A stretch of 64,000 nucleotides of DNA from an uncultured Rhabdochlamydiaceae bacterium (GCA_963712275.1 CAVQHD010000001.1:896001-960000); one strand, 5' to 3'; positions 1-10,315 are shown, counted from the first letter of the stretch. The notes: generated by a model not told the origin, from the sequence alone. A program made the numbers and translations.

Positions 1-174
1 TACCACCAAATCCGGGCCCAAATGGCAGCCATCGGCTGTCCTGTCCTAGGGGATACGAAATACGGGAGCCGTCGTCCCTGGAAAAGCAAGGGAATTGCTC
101 TCTGCGCAGCTAAACTCACATTTCACCATCCAGTGACACAGAAGTTAATTTCAATAGAAATTAAATTTAAGTAA
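1..174 (+). CDS. RluA/RluD-family pseudouridine synthase, C-terminal fragment (runs off window start)
   Basis: Frame 1 reads YHQIRAQMAAIGCPVLGDTKYG...LTFHHPVT, the HQIR...GD.xYG C-terminal motifs of RluA-family enzymes; TAA at 172-174. Confidence 0.85.
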   Translation, partial: YHQIRAQMAAIGCPVLGDTKYGSRRPWKSKGIALCAAKLTFHHPVTQKLISIEIKFK

Positions 175-212
175 ACGTAAAATTAGGGGCCATTTTATAG
201 GTGATTTAGATC

Positions 213-1145
213 ATGTCTATTGCAAGGATTTCAAATAAATTTTTTCCGTCCTATGTCTTTCCTATTGTAGGGGGCCTCATTGTGCTGGTGGTCTTTAAAG
301 TTTTTCAAAATAAGATTTTTATCTCTGGAGATGTAAAAAAATTTTTTTACTTTTCCTCCATCCTATCGAAACCGTTTTCGTTTATCACTCGCCTATTCTA
401 TAAACTGTTTCCTCATTGGAAGTACCCTCAAAAAACCGGTAGTGAAAAGAAATTATTGGAGCTTTTTTATATCGGTAGTGAAAAGAGATTATTGAAGGGT
501 GGTAGAGAGCTTTTTTCGCCTCCTAGGAAAAAGACCAAATCTCTAGAAGGTTCTAAAGCCCGCCTTGGAGATCTTCCACTAGAACTGCAAGATAAAATTG
601 TCTGTTTCTTGGACTGGGATTGGAAAGACGTGATTTGCCTCTCTCAGACCTCTAAAAAATGGAAGAGGTGGGGAGATGAGGTTATGCAAGAGATCAGAAA
701 TGAAGCAGAGCACTATTATAAGACATATACAAGAACACTAGATGGGGTTATTACAGGAGGGGCTGGAAGCGGTATTAAGGTTACAATTGCCGGCAAGGAA
801 TTACTATTTGCAGCAGGACCAAGAAGTCGGGATTTACAACGCGGAGGGAAGTTGTTGGAACTTTTTTTTAACTCATTTCCAAAGCTTCCTTTCAAATATT
901 ACCATTATAATGTTGTCGTTATTTTAGATACAGACGATTCTCTTATTGAAAATGGACTTAAAAATGTACGACTTGTCAGAACTGACAAGTCGATTTCCCT
1001 CACTTTACGAGTGGCTTTAGCTGTCTTGGAAGACGTGATGAATATTCCAGGATTAGAGGGAAAGAAAAAAAATACAGAATACGATCACTGGTATGTGATC
1101 GATTTTGCAAAGGTTGCTGCCCAAGTTAATCCTGTCGTGGAGTAG
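213..1145 (+). CDS. F-box-like domain protein with N-terminal hydrophobic segment (candidate effector)
   Basis: LGDLPLELQDKIVCFLDWDWKDVICLSQTSKKWKRW fits the F-box consensus; N-terminal hydrophobic stretch VFPIVGGLIVLVVF. Confidence 0.7.
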   Translation: MSIARISNKFFPSYVFPIVGGLIVLVVFKVFQNKIFISGDVKKFFYFSSILSKPFSFITRLFYKLFPHWKYPQKTGSEKKLLELFYIGSEKRLLKGGRELFSPPRKKTKSLEGSKARLGDLPLELQDKIVCFLDWDWKDVICLSQTSKKWKRWGDEVMQEIRNEAEHYYKTYTRTLDGVITGGAGSGIKVTIAGKELLFAAGPRSRDLQRGGKLLELFFNSFPKLPFKYYHYNVVVILDTDDSLIENGLKNVRLVRTDKSISLTLRVALAVLEDVMNIPGLEGKKKNTEYDHWYVIDFAKVAAQVNPVVE

Positions 1146-1163
1146 CAGTAAATCTTCAGAAAG

Positions 1164-1275
1164 TTGACATAATGTAATTGATTACAACGTCCATTAAATG
1201 AGAGCCTTGAGGCGATTAGAACATTTAAGCATAAAGGGACTGAAGAGCTTTTTTGAATCCAGGGCAAGGCGGGTT
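1164..1275 (+). pseudogene. Remnant of a HigB/RelE-type toxin 5' end with its promoter/operator
   Basis: TTGACA at 1164 followed by inverted repeat TGTAAT-tg-ATTACA (1173-1186); then AIRTFKHK / frameshift / GLKSFFES..GKAG, resembling HigB N-termini (MIKSFKHKGL..FF..G.KAGI). Confidence 0.5.
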
Positions 1276-1659
1276 TAGCTGTGCTAAATGTTTCCTTTCT
1301 GCTGGTTACTTCAATTTTGGGCATTGCAGAAGTGCTCTACCGAAAGCCTTCAGTTGATTCAACGTCCTTTGCTACAAGTTGTCTAGAGCTGCAAGGGAGG
1401 AACGTTCAAGCTTCTTGGGCGGTAGGGACATCATTTCTCAATCAAACCTTCTCCCTGAATCAGTTTTTAATCAGCCTGACCTCTGCTTGTATTTCGCCGA
1501 ACCGTTCAGCCCATTTACTCACGGCTCTTTTCCAAGCGGTGACCTTGTTTAATATCTCAAGGCTTGAATGGATGGATGTTATCATAAAAAATAAAGATAG
1601 CAGTTGGATTTCACAAATGTATCTCCTGCTTCAAGAGAAGTTAGTGCCAGTCTTTTCTC

Positions 1660-2664
1660 CTACGGCAGGGTAACGGCAAAGACCGCCTCGGCAATTTGCA
1701 CGGCGTTAAGGGCTGCTCCCTTGAGGAGCTGATCTCCGACGACCCAAAGATCGAGAGCATTTGGGTGAGAGGCGTCTTTTCGAATTCGCCCCACAAAGAC
1801 ATCATCGTGGCCTGAGGCATCAAGAGGCATCGGGAATCGATTCGCTGTCCAATCTTCTAACAGCTGTACTCCAGGGGCGCTAGCGAGGAGCCCTCTTGCT
1901 TGCGAGGGGGAGAAGGGGGCGGAAAATTCGACATTCAGCGCTTCGGAGTGGGCTCGGAGGACAGGGACGCGAACGCAGGTGACGCCGATACTTAGTTCTG
2001 GAGCCTCTAAAATTTTCCGGCTCTCTTCGATCACTTTGAGCTCTTCTTCATTATAGGAAGAGTCGGTCATGGGAGCATTGTGGGCAAAGAGGTTAAAAGC
2101 ATAGGGGTATGGCATGACGGTGGGTTGGTAGGGCTGGCAGTTTAGATGAGCGCGTGTCTCCTCTTCCAGCTCGATCATGGCTCGCTGTCCTGCGCCGCTA
2201 GCAGCTTGGTAGGTTGATAGGATGATGCGCTTGATGGGGACTGCGCGGTGAAGGGGAGCGACAGCCATGAGCATCATGGTGGCGGTGCAGTTGGGGGAGG
2301 CGATGAGCCCCTGATGGGATGGAAGGGCATGAAGATTGATTTCAGGGATGACGAGAGGAACTTTTGGATCCATCCGGAAGGCTGAGCTGCTATCGATGAC
2401 AAGGCATCCTTGACTCAAGGCTTCAGGGATGTATTGTAAAGAATTTTTTTTTCCTGCGGCAAAAAAAGCACAGTCGACACCCTTGAAGCAGGCAGGGGTT
2501 AGGGGTTTGACTTCAATGGGCCTCCCGCAGAAATTTAAAATTTTTCCTGCAGAGCGAGGGGAAGCAAAGCACAAAAGCTTTTTAACGGGAAACAGTCGGC
2601 GCTCTAGAACATGCATGATTTCTTGTCCGACGGCGCCTGTGGCCCCCACAATCGCAAGTGTCAT
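1660..2664 (-). CDS. asd: Aspartate-semialdehyde dehydrogenase
   Basis: AIVGATGAVG Rossmann motif, IASPNCT catalytic Cys, STYQAASGAG, DQLLKGAALNAVQIAE. Confidence 0.97.
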   Translation of the reverse strand: MTLAIVGATGAVGQEIMHVLERRLFPVKKLLCFASPRSAGKILNFCGRPIEVKPLTPACFKGVDCAFFAAGKKNSLQYIPEALSQGCLVIDSSSAFRMDPKVPLVIPEINLHALPSHQGLIASPNCTATMMLMAVAPLHRAVPIKRIILSTYQAASGAGQRAMIELEEETRAHLNCQPYQPTVMPYPYAFNLFAHNAPMTDSSYNEEELKVIEESRKILEAPELSIGVTCVRVPVLRAHSEALNVEFSAPFSPSQARGLLASAPGVQLLEDWTANRFPMPLDASGHDDVFVGRIRKDASHPNALDLWVVGDQLLKGAALNAVQIAEAVFAVTLP

Positions 2665-2713
2665 GGGCCTATCTTATGAATTGTAGGATTATTGAGCATT
2701 ATCTTATCATGAA

Positions 2714-3322
2714 ATGATGACAATAGGCGAAAAGAGTTACGTAGAGAAACAAAAAATTTTAAATGCAGTTGAAGAGGCGATAAGGGCTATAGAGACGCTT
2801 AAAAGTCCTGAGAGTGTTGAGTTTATTCAGCAAACGTCTCAGCTTATCGCAGAGTGTTTTAAAGGAGGAGGGAAAGTTCTCATAGCGGGAAATGGAGGAA
2901 GTCTTTGCGATGCAATGCATTTTGCAGAGGAGCTCACAGGTATCTACCGTCATAAACGGCCTGCTCTTCCTGCAATTGCAATCTCAGATCCAGGGCATTT
3001 AAGTTGTGTTGCCAATGATTTGGGGTATGAATCTGTCTTTTCTCGGGCGATTGAGGCGTTCGGGAAACCAGATGACGTCTTTGTTGCTTTAACAACAAGT
3101 GGAAATTCGGGGAATTTGGTTCAAGCAATTCAGGTCGCCAAGCAAAAAGGTCTTAAAACAGTTGCCTTCTTAGGAAAAACAGGGGGAAAGCTTCGGGGCA
3201 TTGCAGATTTAGAGTGGATTGTGCGGGGATTTTGCTACTCCGATCGAATTCAAGAGGCCCACATGGCGGCTCTCCATCTGATCATTGAAATGATCGAAAA
3301 CGAGCTTTTCGATGCAACTTGA
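2714..3322 (+). CDS. gmhA: D-sedoheptulose 7-phosphate isomerase
   Basis: GNGGSLCDAMHFAEEL, ANDLGYESVFSR, TTSGNS and DRIQEAH motifs. Confidence 0.95.
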   Translation: MMTIGEKSYVEKQKILNAVEEAIRAIETLKSPESVEFIQQTSQLIAECFKGGGKVLIAGNGGSLCDAMHFAEELTGIYRHKRPALPAIAISDPGHLSCVANDLGYESVFSRAIEAFGKPDDVFVALTTSGNSGNLVQAIQVAKQKGLKTVAFLGKTGGKLRGIADLEWIVRGFCYSDRIQEAHMAALHLIIEMIENELFDAT

Positions 3323-4352
3323 AAAACAAATGAGGGCAGTGATCGAAGGGCGCCTTCCTGGAAAGGGGGTTCTTTGGCTGCTGAGTTTACTCTACAAGTC
3401 CGCTCTTGCGCTTCGTCACAAGGCGTATCAGTCCCATTTTTTACCCATTAAAAAAGTCCCTGCTGTTGTGATCAGCATTGGCAATATTGCTGCTGGAGGA
3501 GTAGGAAAAACGCCTCTTGTTCATTTTCTTGCAAACCAGCTTGCTGAGCGATTCTCTGTCGCGATTTTATCTCGGGGTTACCGCTCTCGTGCTGAAAAGC
3601 AAAAGGAGCCGGTGCAGGCTCTCCCTTCCATGGATGCATTGGAGGTGGGCGATGAACCTCTGTGGCTTGCGCAAAAGCTGCCACAGGTGCAGGTTTGGGT
3701 TGGCAGAAATCGAGTTCAGTCGGCTGAAAAAGCGGTTCAAAATGGAGCGGAAGTGGTGATTCTCGACGATGGATTTCAACATCGGAGGCTTCATCGAGAG
3801 ATGGAAGTTGTGGTAATCTCAGGGGAAGATCCGCTCAGTAATGGCCATTTTCTTCCGCGCGGTTACTTAAGAGATTTTCCCTCGCGCCTCTCTTCAGCGA
3901 CCTTTCTTGCTGTGATGGGGCCTGTAGGCTCTGATTTTAAGGCACAGATAAAGCCGTTCTTTGAAGGACCTTCTGCTATTTTTGAGCGGAAGATTACCCT
4001 TGCTCTTCAGGGAAAAAAAGTTGCTTTATTCTGTGCGATTGCAAACCCTCACCGATTTATCCAGCAAGTCAAGTCAACCGGTGCTGAAGTGCTCTCTTCT
4101 TTAATTAAGCCGGATCACGACTCCTTCTCACTCGAAGAAATAGAGATGTTAGCTGAGCAATCGAAGGCAGAACTGCTTGTCTGTACGGAAAAAGATTTCG
4201 TTAAAATGTCAACTTTGCAAACATCGATACCTCTCTGTCCTGTTGCCTTGGAGCTGAGCATCAAAGAGGGGCATGCGGTTTGGAAACAATTGATAGAGCA
4301 AATTCAATCACAGGTCGAACATGTCAGAAGAATATCAAGTTACGCTTCCTAA
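3312..4352 (+). CDS. lpxK: Tetraacyldisaccharide 4'-kinase
   Basis: VISIGNIAAGGVGKTP, ILSRGY, GDEP, ILDDGFQH, DH and TEKD motifs. Confidence 0.95.
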   Translation: MQLEKQMRAVIEGRLPGKGVLWLLSLLYKSALALRHKAYQSHFLPIKKVPAVVISIGNIAAGGVGKTPLVHFLANQLAERFSVAILSRGYRSRAEKQKEPVQALPSMDALEVGDEPLWLAQKLPQVQVWVGRNRVQSAEKAVQNGAEVVILDDGFQHRRLHREMEVVVISGEDPLSNGHFLPRGYLRDFPSRLSSATFLAVMGPVGSDFKAQIKPFFEGPSAIFERKITLALQGKKVALFCAIANPHRFIQQVKSTGAEVLSSLIKPDHDSFSLEEIEMLAEQSKAELLVCTEKDFVKMSTLQTSIPLCPVALELSIKEGHAVWKQLIEQIQSQVEHVRRISSYAS

Positions 4353-5502
4353 ACTAGGAGAGAGTATTGTCAGCGCAACCGTTGTCAAATGGTTTAAGCA
4401 AGAAGGGGACACGGTCCATTTAGACGAACCTCTTCTTGAGGTATCAACAGATAAGGTCAATAGTGAAATTCCCTCCCCCGCCTCCGGAACTTTAAAGAAA
4501 GTGTTTGCTCAACCCGATCAAGAGCTTCAAGTTGGAGACCCACTGGCTCTGATTGTTCTCCATTCGATATCTCATGATGAAAAACGGGAAGTATTGCAAC
4601 CGCAAGTCAAGCGAGAAATGACCTCAGCTCGAGCAGAGATGCAAGATTTTTACTCTCCAGCGCTACTCCGGCTTGCAAGGGAGAACCATATTTCTCTAGA
4701 TGAGCTCTCTCAAATTCCTGCAACAGGAACAGGGGGGAGGATTTCTAAGCGTGATCTTGAGCTTTATGTTGAGAAGAAAAAAACGGTGCGTCCTTGTCAG
4801 ATGGCTGCCTCTCAACTTAAGGAGGGAATCGAACATGTCAAAATGTCGGGTATGAGAAAAGCAATTGCCGACAATATGGTTCGCTCTTTCTACGAAGCGC
4901 CGCATGCTTCTCTCATCACAGAAGTCGATGTGACAGAAATACTCAAGTTCATCGAGAAAGAAAAAGAGCCCTTTTTTGCAAAGCATGGAGCTAAGCTGAC
5001 CATTACTTCTTTTGTCGCTAAAGCAATTGCTGAGGCGCTAGCCAACTACCCTTTTCTCAATTCTTCCCTTGAGGGAGATACAATTGCCCTTAAGCGATTT
5101 GTCAATTTGGGGATTGCTGTAAGTGTAGATCAGGGTATTTTGGTGCCTGTCATCAAAAACATTCAAATACTCGACATTCCTGAGATCGCCAAGGTAATGG
5201 GAGATCTTTCCCAGCGGGCTCGAGCAGGAAAACTTCAACCTTCAGAGGTGCAGGAAGGGACGATTACACTCACCAATTTCGGGATTTCCGGCGTAATGAT
5301 TGGCATTCCAATCATTCGGCATCCTGAGGTTGCCATCATGGGTATGGGCGCTATCTATAAAAAAGTGGTTGCTCTCGATAACGAAGCTTTTGGAGTTCGC
5401 TCTATGATGCACCTTTCTCTCACATTCGATCACCGCGTCATCGATGGCATGTACGGATGTGGCTTTCTTAACGCCGTTAAAGAGCACTTGGAAAAAATTT
5501 AA
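4321..5502 (+). CDS. 2-oxoacid dehydrogenase E2 component (dihydrolipoamide acyltransferase, SucB/BkdB type)
   Basis: Lipoyl domain (EVSTDKVNSEIPSP), E3-binding domain (TGTGGRISKRD), catalytic FDHRVIDG. Confidence 0.93.
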   Translation: MSEEYQVTLPKLGESIVSATVVKWFKQEGDTVHLDEPLLEVSTDKVNSEIPSPASGTLKKVFAQPDQELQVGDPLALIVLHSISHDEKREVLQPQVKREMTSARAEMQDFYSPALLRLARENHISLDELSQIPATGTGGRISKRDLELYVEKKKTVRPCQMAASQLKEGIEHVKMSGMRKAIADNMVRSFYEAPHASLITEVDVTEILKFIEKEKEPFFAKHGAKLTITSFVAKAIAEALANYPFLNSSLEGDTIALKRFVNLGIAVSVDQGILVPVIKNIQILDIPEIAKVMGDLSQRARAGKLQPSEVQEGTITLTNFGISGVMIGIPIIRHPEVAIMGMGAIYKKVVALDNEAFGVRSMMHLSLTFDHRVIDGMYGCGFLNAVKEHLEKI

Positions 5503-5510
5503 ACCGATAG

Positions 5511-5694
5511 GAACAAAGGTTTAAAACCTCTGCTCACTCAGGCTTATTTACATTTCTTCACCACCGAGACACGGAGAGGGATGAGATTGCACAGAGGAAT
5601 TTTTTTTCCTCTGTGCAATCTCATCCCTCTCCGTGTCTCGGTGGTGAAGAAATGCAAACAAGTCTGAGTCAACAAAAGTTTGAAACCTCTGTTC
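5511..5694. repeat. Long palindromic intergenic element, family A (184 bp)
   Basis: Perfect 49-bp stem 5551-5599/5606-5654 around a T6 loop, extended by ungapped 40-bp outer arms matching at 31/40 positions. Confidence 0.9.
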
Positions 5695-5772
5695 TGGCTC
5701 AAAAAATTTAGTCTCTTTACTTTTTTTGTTTGGGGTGATAAGAAAAAAATTTAAACCTTACAGAGGTGGCTC

Positions 5773-6102
5773 TTGAACTCCAAGCGAACTTTGGGACTTT
5801 TGATCCTCATTTGCGGCATCGCGATGATTGTACTGGCTCAATATATTAAAAATCGGGTTGAGCAAGGGAAAGAACAGATTTCTAGCGCGCAGAAGAAAGT
5901 CAAGCAAGCCAATTCTCTCTTTTCTCTTTCTCCTGTTACTAAAGAAGTAGGTCAAGGTGTGACTGGCTCAGTCCAGAAAAAGATCGATGAGGGAAAGGAG
6001 CAGGTCCTTCGCTACATGGACTTTGCAAATTGGCTTCAGATTGGGGGAATCATTCTTGTCATCCTAGGACCTGTCGTAATGTTCGTCGGCAGAAAAAAAT
6101 AG
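5773..6102 (+). CDS. Small membrane protein, two terminal TM helices around a coiled segment
   Basis: TTG start with GAGG upstream; hydrophobic N- and C-terminal helices. Confidence 0.75.
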   Translation: MNSKRTLGLLILICGIAMIVLAQYIKNRVEQGKEQISSAQKKVKQANSLFSLSPVTKEVGQGVTGSVQKKIDEGKEQVLRYMDFANWLQIGGIILVILGPVVMFVGRKK

Positions 6103-6283
6103 AACCTTTCAGGCTACCAAAATCCCGATCTCGGGTTCCTGTTTATCTTATGTATAAAAAAAGTTGCACCATTTTCCCAATCCCGCTACGCTTTTGGCTC
6201 GCGGAGTAGAATGAATCGGATTTATCCTGACTTCCAGATCATAGGAAAGAGGTCTGGGAAGTGGGTATAGCAAGAGGTCATGT

Positions 6284-6562
6284 GTGAAAAAGGTCGTTCA
6301 CAAGTTGAAAGTTAAAAATCCACTAGGGCTTCACGCAAGGCCTGCCACAATGATTGTCAAATTATTGCAGGGATGTAGGTCTCTCGTTAATATTTCTTAT
6401 CGGCAAGAGACGGTTAATGCTCGAAGCATCATGAGTATTCTAATGCTTGCAATTAAGAAGAACAGCCTTGTTACGTTAACAGTTGAAGGAGAGGATGCCG
6501 AGGAAACTTTGCAAAAATTAATCGTTGCTTTTGAAACGCAATTTGGAGAATCAGATCTTTGA
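6284..6562 (+). CDS. ptsH: Phosphocarrier protein HPr
   Basis: GLHARPA (His15 motif) and NARSIMSIL (Ser46 motif). Confidence 0.95.
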   Translation: MKKVVHKLKVKNPLGLHARPATMIVKLLQGCRSLVNISYRQETVNARSIMSILMLAIKKNSLVTLTVEGEDAEETLQKLIVAFETQFGESDL

Positions 6563-8349
6563 ATCAAAAAAACGACGCTTTTCTTGAGATTCGTATTAAA
6601 GGGTCGCCCGTTAGTGAAGGGATTGCTGTCGGCATTCCTATTTTCCTCTCTTCAGGACGAGAACAAATTCCGGAATTTCCTATTAGCACTGGAGAAGTTG
6701 AAAATGAAATCGCCCGGTATCGGCAAGCGCTTTCCTCAAGCCGTAAAGATTTAAAAAAACTGCAGAGTGATTTGACGCAGGAAGGATCAGGAGAAATTGC
6801 ATCGATCATCGGAACTCATATCGAAATGCTCGACGATCCGCTGATGACGACACATATGGAAACTAAAATTCGTGAGATGTTGAAGAACACAGAGGCGGTT
6901 TTCCATACCATGATCCATGAATATGAGCAGCGATTTAGCGAAACACCGGATGGATTCTTCAACCAGCGATTGACAGACGTGAGGGATCTATCACAAAGAA
7001 TTCTTCGGAATTTATCCGATACCGATACCGGTTTATTAGATCAAATTCCTCAAGATGCAATTGTTTTTGCTAAAGAACTCGTTCCTTCGGATACAGCGTC
7101 CATCCAAGCTTCCAGGATCCGTGCCTTTGTAACCCAAAGCGGCGGGGGAACTTCTCATGCTGCCCTTATTGCCCGGGCTAAGGGGATTCCGTATGTTTCT
7201 GGCATTAGTATGGATATTTTGGAAAAGGCACAAGGAACTTATGTGATTGTGGATGGCCAGGCAGGAGAGATCATTTTAAATCCAACCCTTGCCACCATTG
7301 AAAAATATATTCAGCTTAAAAATCGTCTCATGAAACGGTATCAGCAACTGGAAAAAGATAAGGACCTTCCTACGGAAACGCTGGATGGCTACCGAGTTGA
7401 ACTTTTTGCAAATATTAACCATTTGGAAGATTTAGAACTTGCGCACTATCACCGCGCTGCAGGAATCGGTCTTTTTCGTTCAGAGTATCTGTTTTTGCAA
7501 GATCACCCCTTATTTTTTGATGAGGAGCGTCAAGTCGTGCTTTATAAGAGCTTTTTCGATCAGGCAAAGGAATTACAACTCACTTTTCGGTTAATGGATC
7601 TTGGAGGAGACAAATATGCCACGCTCTTTCACGAGATGTCAAAGGAGCCTAACCCTATTTTGGGATGCCGAGGGATCCGATTTTTACTTCGAAGAGTCGA
7701 CATTTTGAAAACACAACTAAGAGCTCTCCTTAAAGCAGGAGTAGGTCATCGAATACGTATTCTTTTTCCGCTGATTACAGATATTCATGAGCTGCGGGAA
7801 GTCAAACGGATTGTCCAAGAGGTGAAGATCGAGCTGCAATCGGAAGGGGCGGCATTTCTAGAAGAGGCTCCTTTGGGATGTATGTTAGAGGTGCCATCAG
7901 CTGTTTTAGTCTGCGATACTTTAGCCCAAGAGAGTGATTTTTTAGCCTTGGGGACAAATGACTTAATTCAATATACGCTTGGGATCGATCGGAGCAATCC
8001 TGGCATGGGCGATTTTTTTTATCCAACGCATCCTGGCGTGATTCGAATGATTCGCATGACTCTCTTAGAAGCAAAAAGGTATTCAAAGCCGATGACTCTT
8101 TGCGGCGAGATGGCCTCCAACCCTCTTTTAACAGCTCTTCTTGTGGGGCTGGGAGTTCGTAACTTTTCGTGTGCTCCCAGGTTTATTCCCATCATCAAAC
8201 GAACGCTTAGGCATTTATCATTGCTAGATGCAATCGATATTGCAGAGCACGTCCTCACGCTTCGAACCTCCCCAGAGATTTTTAAATATCTGACCGAAGA
8301 GATGAAAGAAACCGGTCTTGAGTCTCTTAATGAAGAGTCGTCTCTGTGA
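6559..8349 (+). CDS. ptsI: PEP-protein phosphotransferase, enzyme I
   Basis: GGGTSHAALIAR phospho-His motif, GIGLFRSE, EPNPILGCRGIR, GTNDLIQY, CGEMAS. Confidence 0.96.
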   Translation: MNQKNDAFLEIRIKGSPVSEGIAVGIPIFLSSGREQIPEFPISTGEVENEIARYRQALSSSRKDLKKLQSDLTQEGSGEIASIIGTHIEMLDDPLMTTHMETKIREMLKNTEAVFHTMIHEYEQRFSETPDGFFNQRLTDVRDLSQRILRNLSDTDTGLLDQIPQDAIVFAKELVPSDTASIQASRIRAFVTQSGGGTSHAALIARAKGIPYVSGISMDILEKAQGTYVIVDGQAGEIILNPTLATIEKYIQLKNRLMKRYQQLEKDKDLPTETLDGYRVELFANINHLEDLELAHYHRAAGIGLFRSEYLFLQDHPLFFDEERQVVLYKSFFDQAKELQLTFRLMDLGGDKYATLFHEMSKEPNPILGCRGIRFLLRRVDILKTQLRALLKAGVGHRIRILFPLITDIHELREVKRIVQEVKIELQSEGAAFLEEAPLGCMLEVPSAVLVCDTLAQESDFLALGTNDLIQYTLGIDRSNPGMGDFFYPTHPGVIRMIRMTLLEAKRYSKPMTLCGEMASNPLLTALLVGLGVRNFSCAPRFIPIIKRTLRHLSLLDAIDIAEHVLTLRTSPEIFKYLTEEMKETGLESLNEESSL

Positions 8350-8596
8350 TTTTTTGAGAGGCGTCGTCATAGGCGGCTTTGATCAAGTCCTGCAACCCTT
8401 CAACATCACTTGGATCGACACAAGCAGGTTGGATGTCAATTTTCTTTAACTCCCGATCTCCTGAAAGAACAATTTTCACAAGACCATTACCTGCGGATCC
8501 TACGACTTCCTGCTGTTTACGCTCTTCTTTTATTTTTTCAAATTGAGCTTCAAATTGTTTAGCTTGTTTTTTAAATTTAGAAAAACCACTGCCCAT
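8327..8596 (-). CDS. ybaB: YbaB/EbfC nucleoid-associated protein
   Basis: GSAGNGLV...VDPSDVEGLQDLIKAA; directly downstream of dnaX. Confidence 0.9.
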   Translation of the reverse strand: MGSGFSKFKKQAKQFEAQFEKIKEERKQQEVVGSAGNGLVKIVLSGDRELKKIDIQPACVDPSDVEGLQDLIKAAYDDASQKITETTLH

Positions 8597-8600
8597 AGCA

Positions 8601-9962
8601 TTAAACCTCCTTCTTCAAAATTCCTTCGAGTTCAACCGCTGCAAAACGGAGGATTGTATCATAATGGCTTTGAGGGCGCAAAGAGGAAGGATTCGTGGGA
8701 AGGTTTTCTGAAGAAAGGGCTGGAGTTATTGCTTTGGGGCTTACGATGATCTCTTTCTTCTCTGCAGGAGGCGTAGTTTTGTCTTGTGAGGCAGGGCTAG
8801 ATATACTCAAACAATTTGAAGCATCGGGAATTGGGTATAATTTTTCCAGTCGGCGGATGAGAGAGGGAAGGGAAACCCGCTTTGTACTTCGGATGAGGTG
8901 AAGAAAGACCATTTCTAATGCAATGCGGCGGAAAGGAATCTTAGAGAGTTCTTTGAGCCATCCTGCGAGGTAGTCCAGGATATAGAGAAGGTGTTCCTGA
9001 GAAAAAACAGAAGCCATCTGCACATAGTGGGCCTCTTCTTCGGGGTGGAGAAAGCCTTGAGCGGGGAGGCGGAAATGAAAGAGGAGATGGGTGCGGAAAT
9101 GGTCTAAAAGCCCTTCTAAAAACGTGTGGAGCTCTCGTCCAGATGATAGCAAATCATGGGAGAGCGTAAAGGCAGCAGGGAGGTTTTCATGTTCAATCGC
9201 TTGGTCGAGCTTGAAGTAGAAATGGCGTGGAGTGACTCCCAGAAGATGGGCTGCCGCTGCATAGGTAAAAGGCCCAGATGTAAAACATAAAAATTGATCA
9301 AACATCGATTCGGCATCTCGGAGTCCACCATCTGCTGCGTGGGCGATGAGCTCAAGAGCGCTTTGTTCAATGGAGATGCCGGCTTCCTGGGCAATCATTT
9401 GTAGCTTTGCCACGATCTGATCGATGGTCAGCCGTTTAAGATCGAACCGTTGACATCGGCTTAAAATCGTTGGGAGCACTTTTTGAGGCTCTGTTGTTGC
9501 AAAGAAAAATTTAACATTACTTGGAGGTTCTTCAAGGGTTTTAAGAAGTGCGTTAAAGGCCTCCTTCGTCAGCATGTGAACTTCATCGATAATGTAAATT
9601 TTATACTTTCCGCCTGCTGTCATGTAGCCGATTGTCCTATTAAGCTCTCTGATATCTTCGATTCCGCGGTTGGAGGCGCCGTCAATTTCAAGGACGTCCA
9701 GCGAGCGGCCTTGCATGATTTCAAGGCAGGAAGGGCATTGGTTGCAAGGCTCAAGTGTTTCTTGGAAGTTCTGGCAGTTGAGCGCTTTTGCAAAGAGGCG
9801 GGCAAGAGTTGTTTTTCCTGTCCCTCGGCATCCACAGAACAGATAGGCAGGGGCTATTTTGCCGGATTTAAGAGCATTTTTTAATGTGGTCACGACCGCT
9901 TCTTGCCCTTTCATCGATTGAAAGGTTTGCGGCCGGTACTGACGAGAAAGATTTTGATACAT
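8601..9962 (-). CDS. dnaX: DNA polymerase III subunit gamma/tau
   Basis: YRPQTF, GCRGTGKTT Walker A, Zn-finger Cys cluster, IIDEVHML, SRC motif. Confidence 0.97.
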   Translation of the reverse strand: MYQNLSRQYRPQTFQSMKGQEAVVTTLKNALKSGKIAPAYLFCGCRGTGKTTLARLFAKALNCQNFQETLEPCNQCPSCLEIMQGRSLDVLEIDGASNRGIEDIRELNRTIGYMTAGGKYKIYIIDEVHMLTKEAFNALLKTLEEPPSNVKFFFATTEPQKVLPTILSRCQRFDLKRLTIDQIVAKLQMIAQEAGISIEQSALELIAHAADGGLRDAESMFDQFLCFTSGPFTYAAAAHLLGVTPRHFYFKLDQAIEHENLPAAFTLSHDLLSSGRELHTFLEGLLDHFRTHLLFHFRLPAQGFLHPEEEAHYVQMASVFSQEHLLYILDYLAGWLKELSKIPFRRIALEMVFLHLIRSTKRVSLPSLIRRLEKLYPIPDASNCLSISSPASQDKTTPPAEKKEIIVSPKAITPALSSENLPTNPSSLRPQSHYDTILRFAAVELEGILKKEV

Positions 9963-10081
9963 AACACAACTATAATCTGTTTAGGGCGTGCCGTCAATTT
10001 TTTGATCATTCAGATCGACCCCAAGGATATAGCGATATTCTCGATTCCATGAATTGACTGTCTTCCCTTATTTAGGCTTTA

Positions 10082-10285
10082 TTGGCAAAGGAGGCGCTAT
10101 ATGAATTTTTTGTCGTGTACAGAGGGATGAGGGAGTTCTCTTGTCGCAACTTATACATAATGAGCGACTTATATATAATATATAAAGACAATGAAAAAGT
10201 GCAGACATTGTCTGCACAAATTAGCTGGTCCCATAATGTGGCCATTTTTCTGATTTTTGCACTCTCTCTCCATGTTGATCATTAA
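10082..10285 (+). pseudogene. Fragment of a YhcG/DUF1016-family N-terminal domain
   Basis: FSCRNLYIMSDLYIIYKDNEKVQTLSAQISWSHNVAI resembles the DUF1016 N-terminal GFS.RNL..M..FY..Y...LSWSH motif; the rest of the gene is absent. Confidence 0.6.
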
Positions 10286-10315
10286 TGTCGTTTCGTTCAA
10301 GCTGGGGGAATAAGG

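Noticed and set aside
1281..1673. 130-aa plus-strand ORF
   Set aside because: No recognisable motif or RBS, and it overlaps the asd 3' end. It cannot be supported as a gene, though it is not excluded.
6103..6283. Possible ncRNA or riboswitch upstream of ptsH
   Set aside because: Only short imperfect hairpins are present, with no recognisable family motif.
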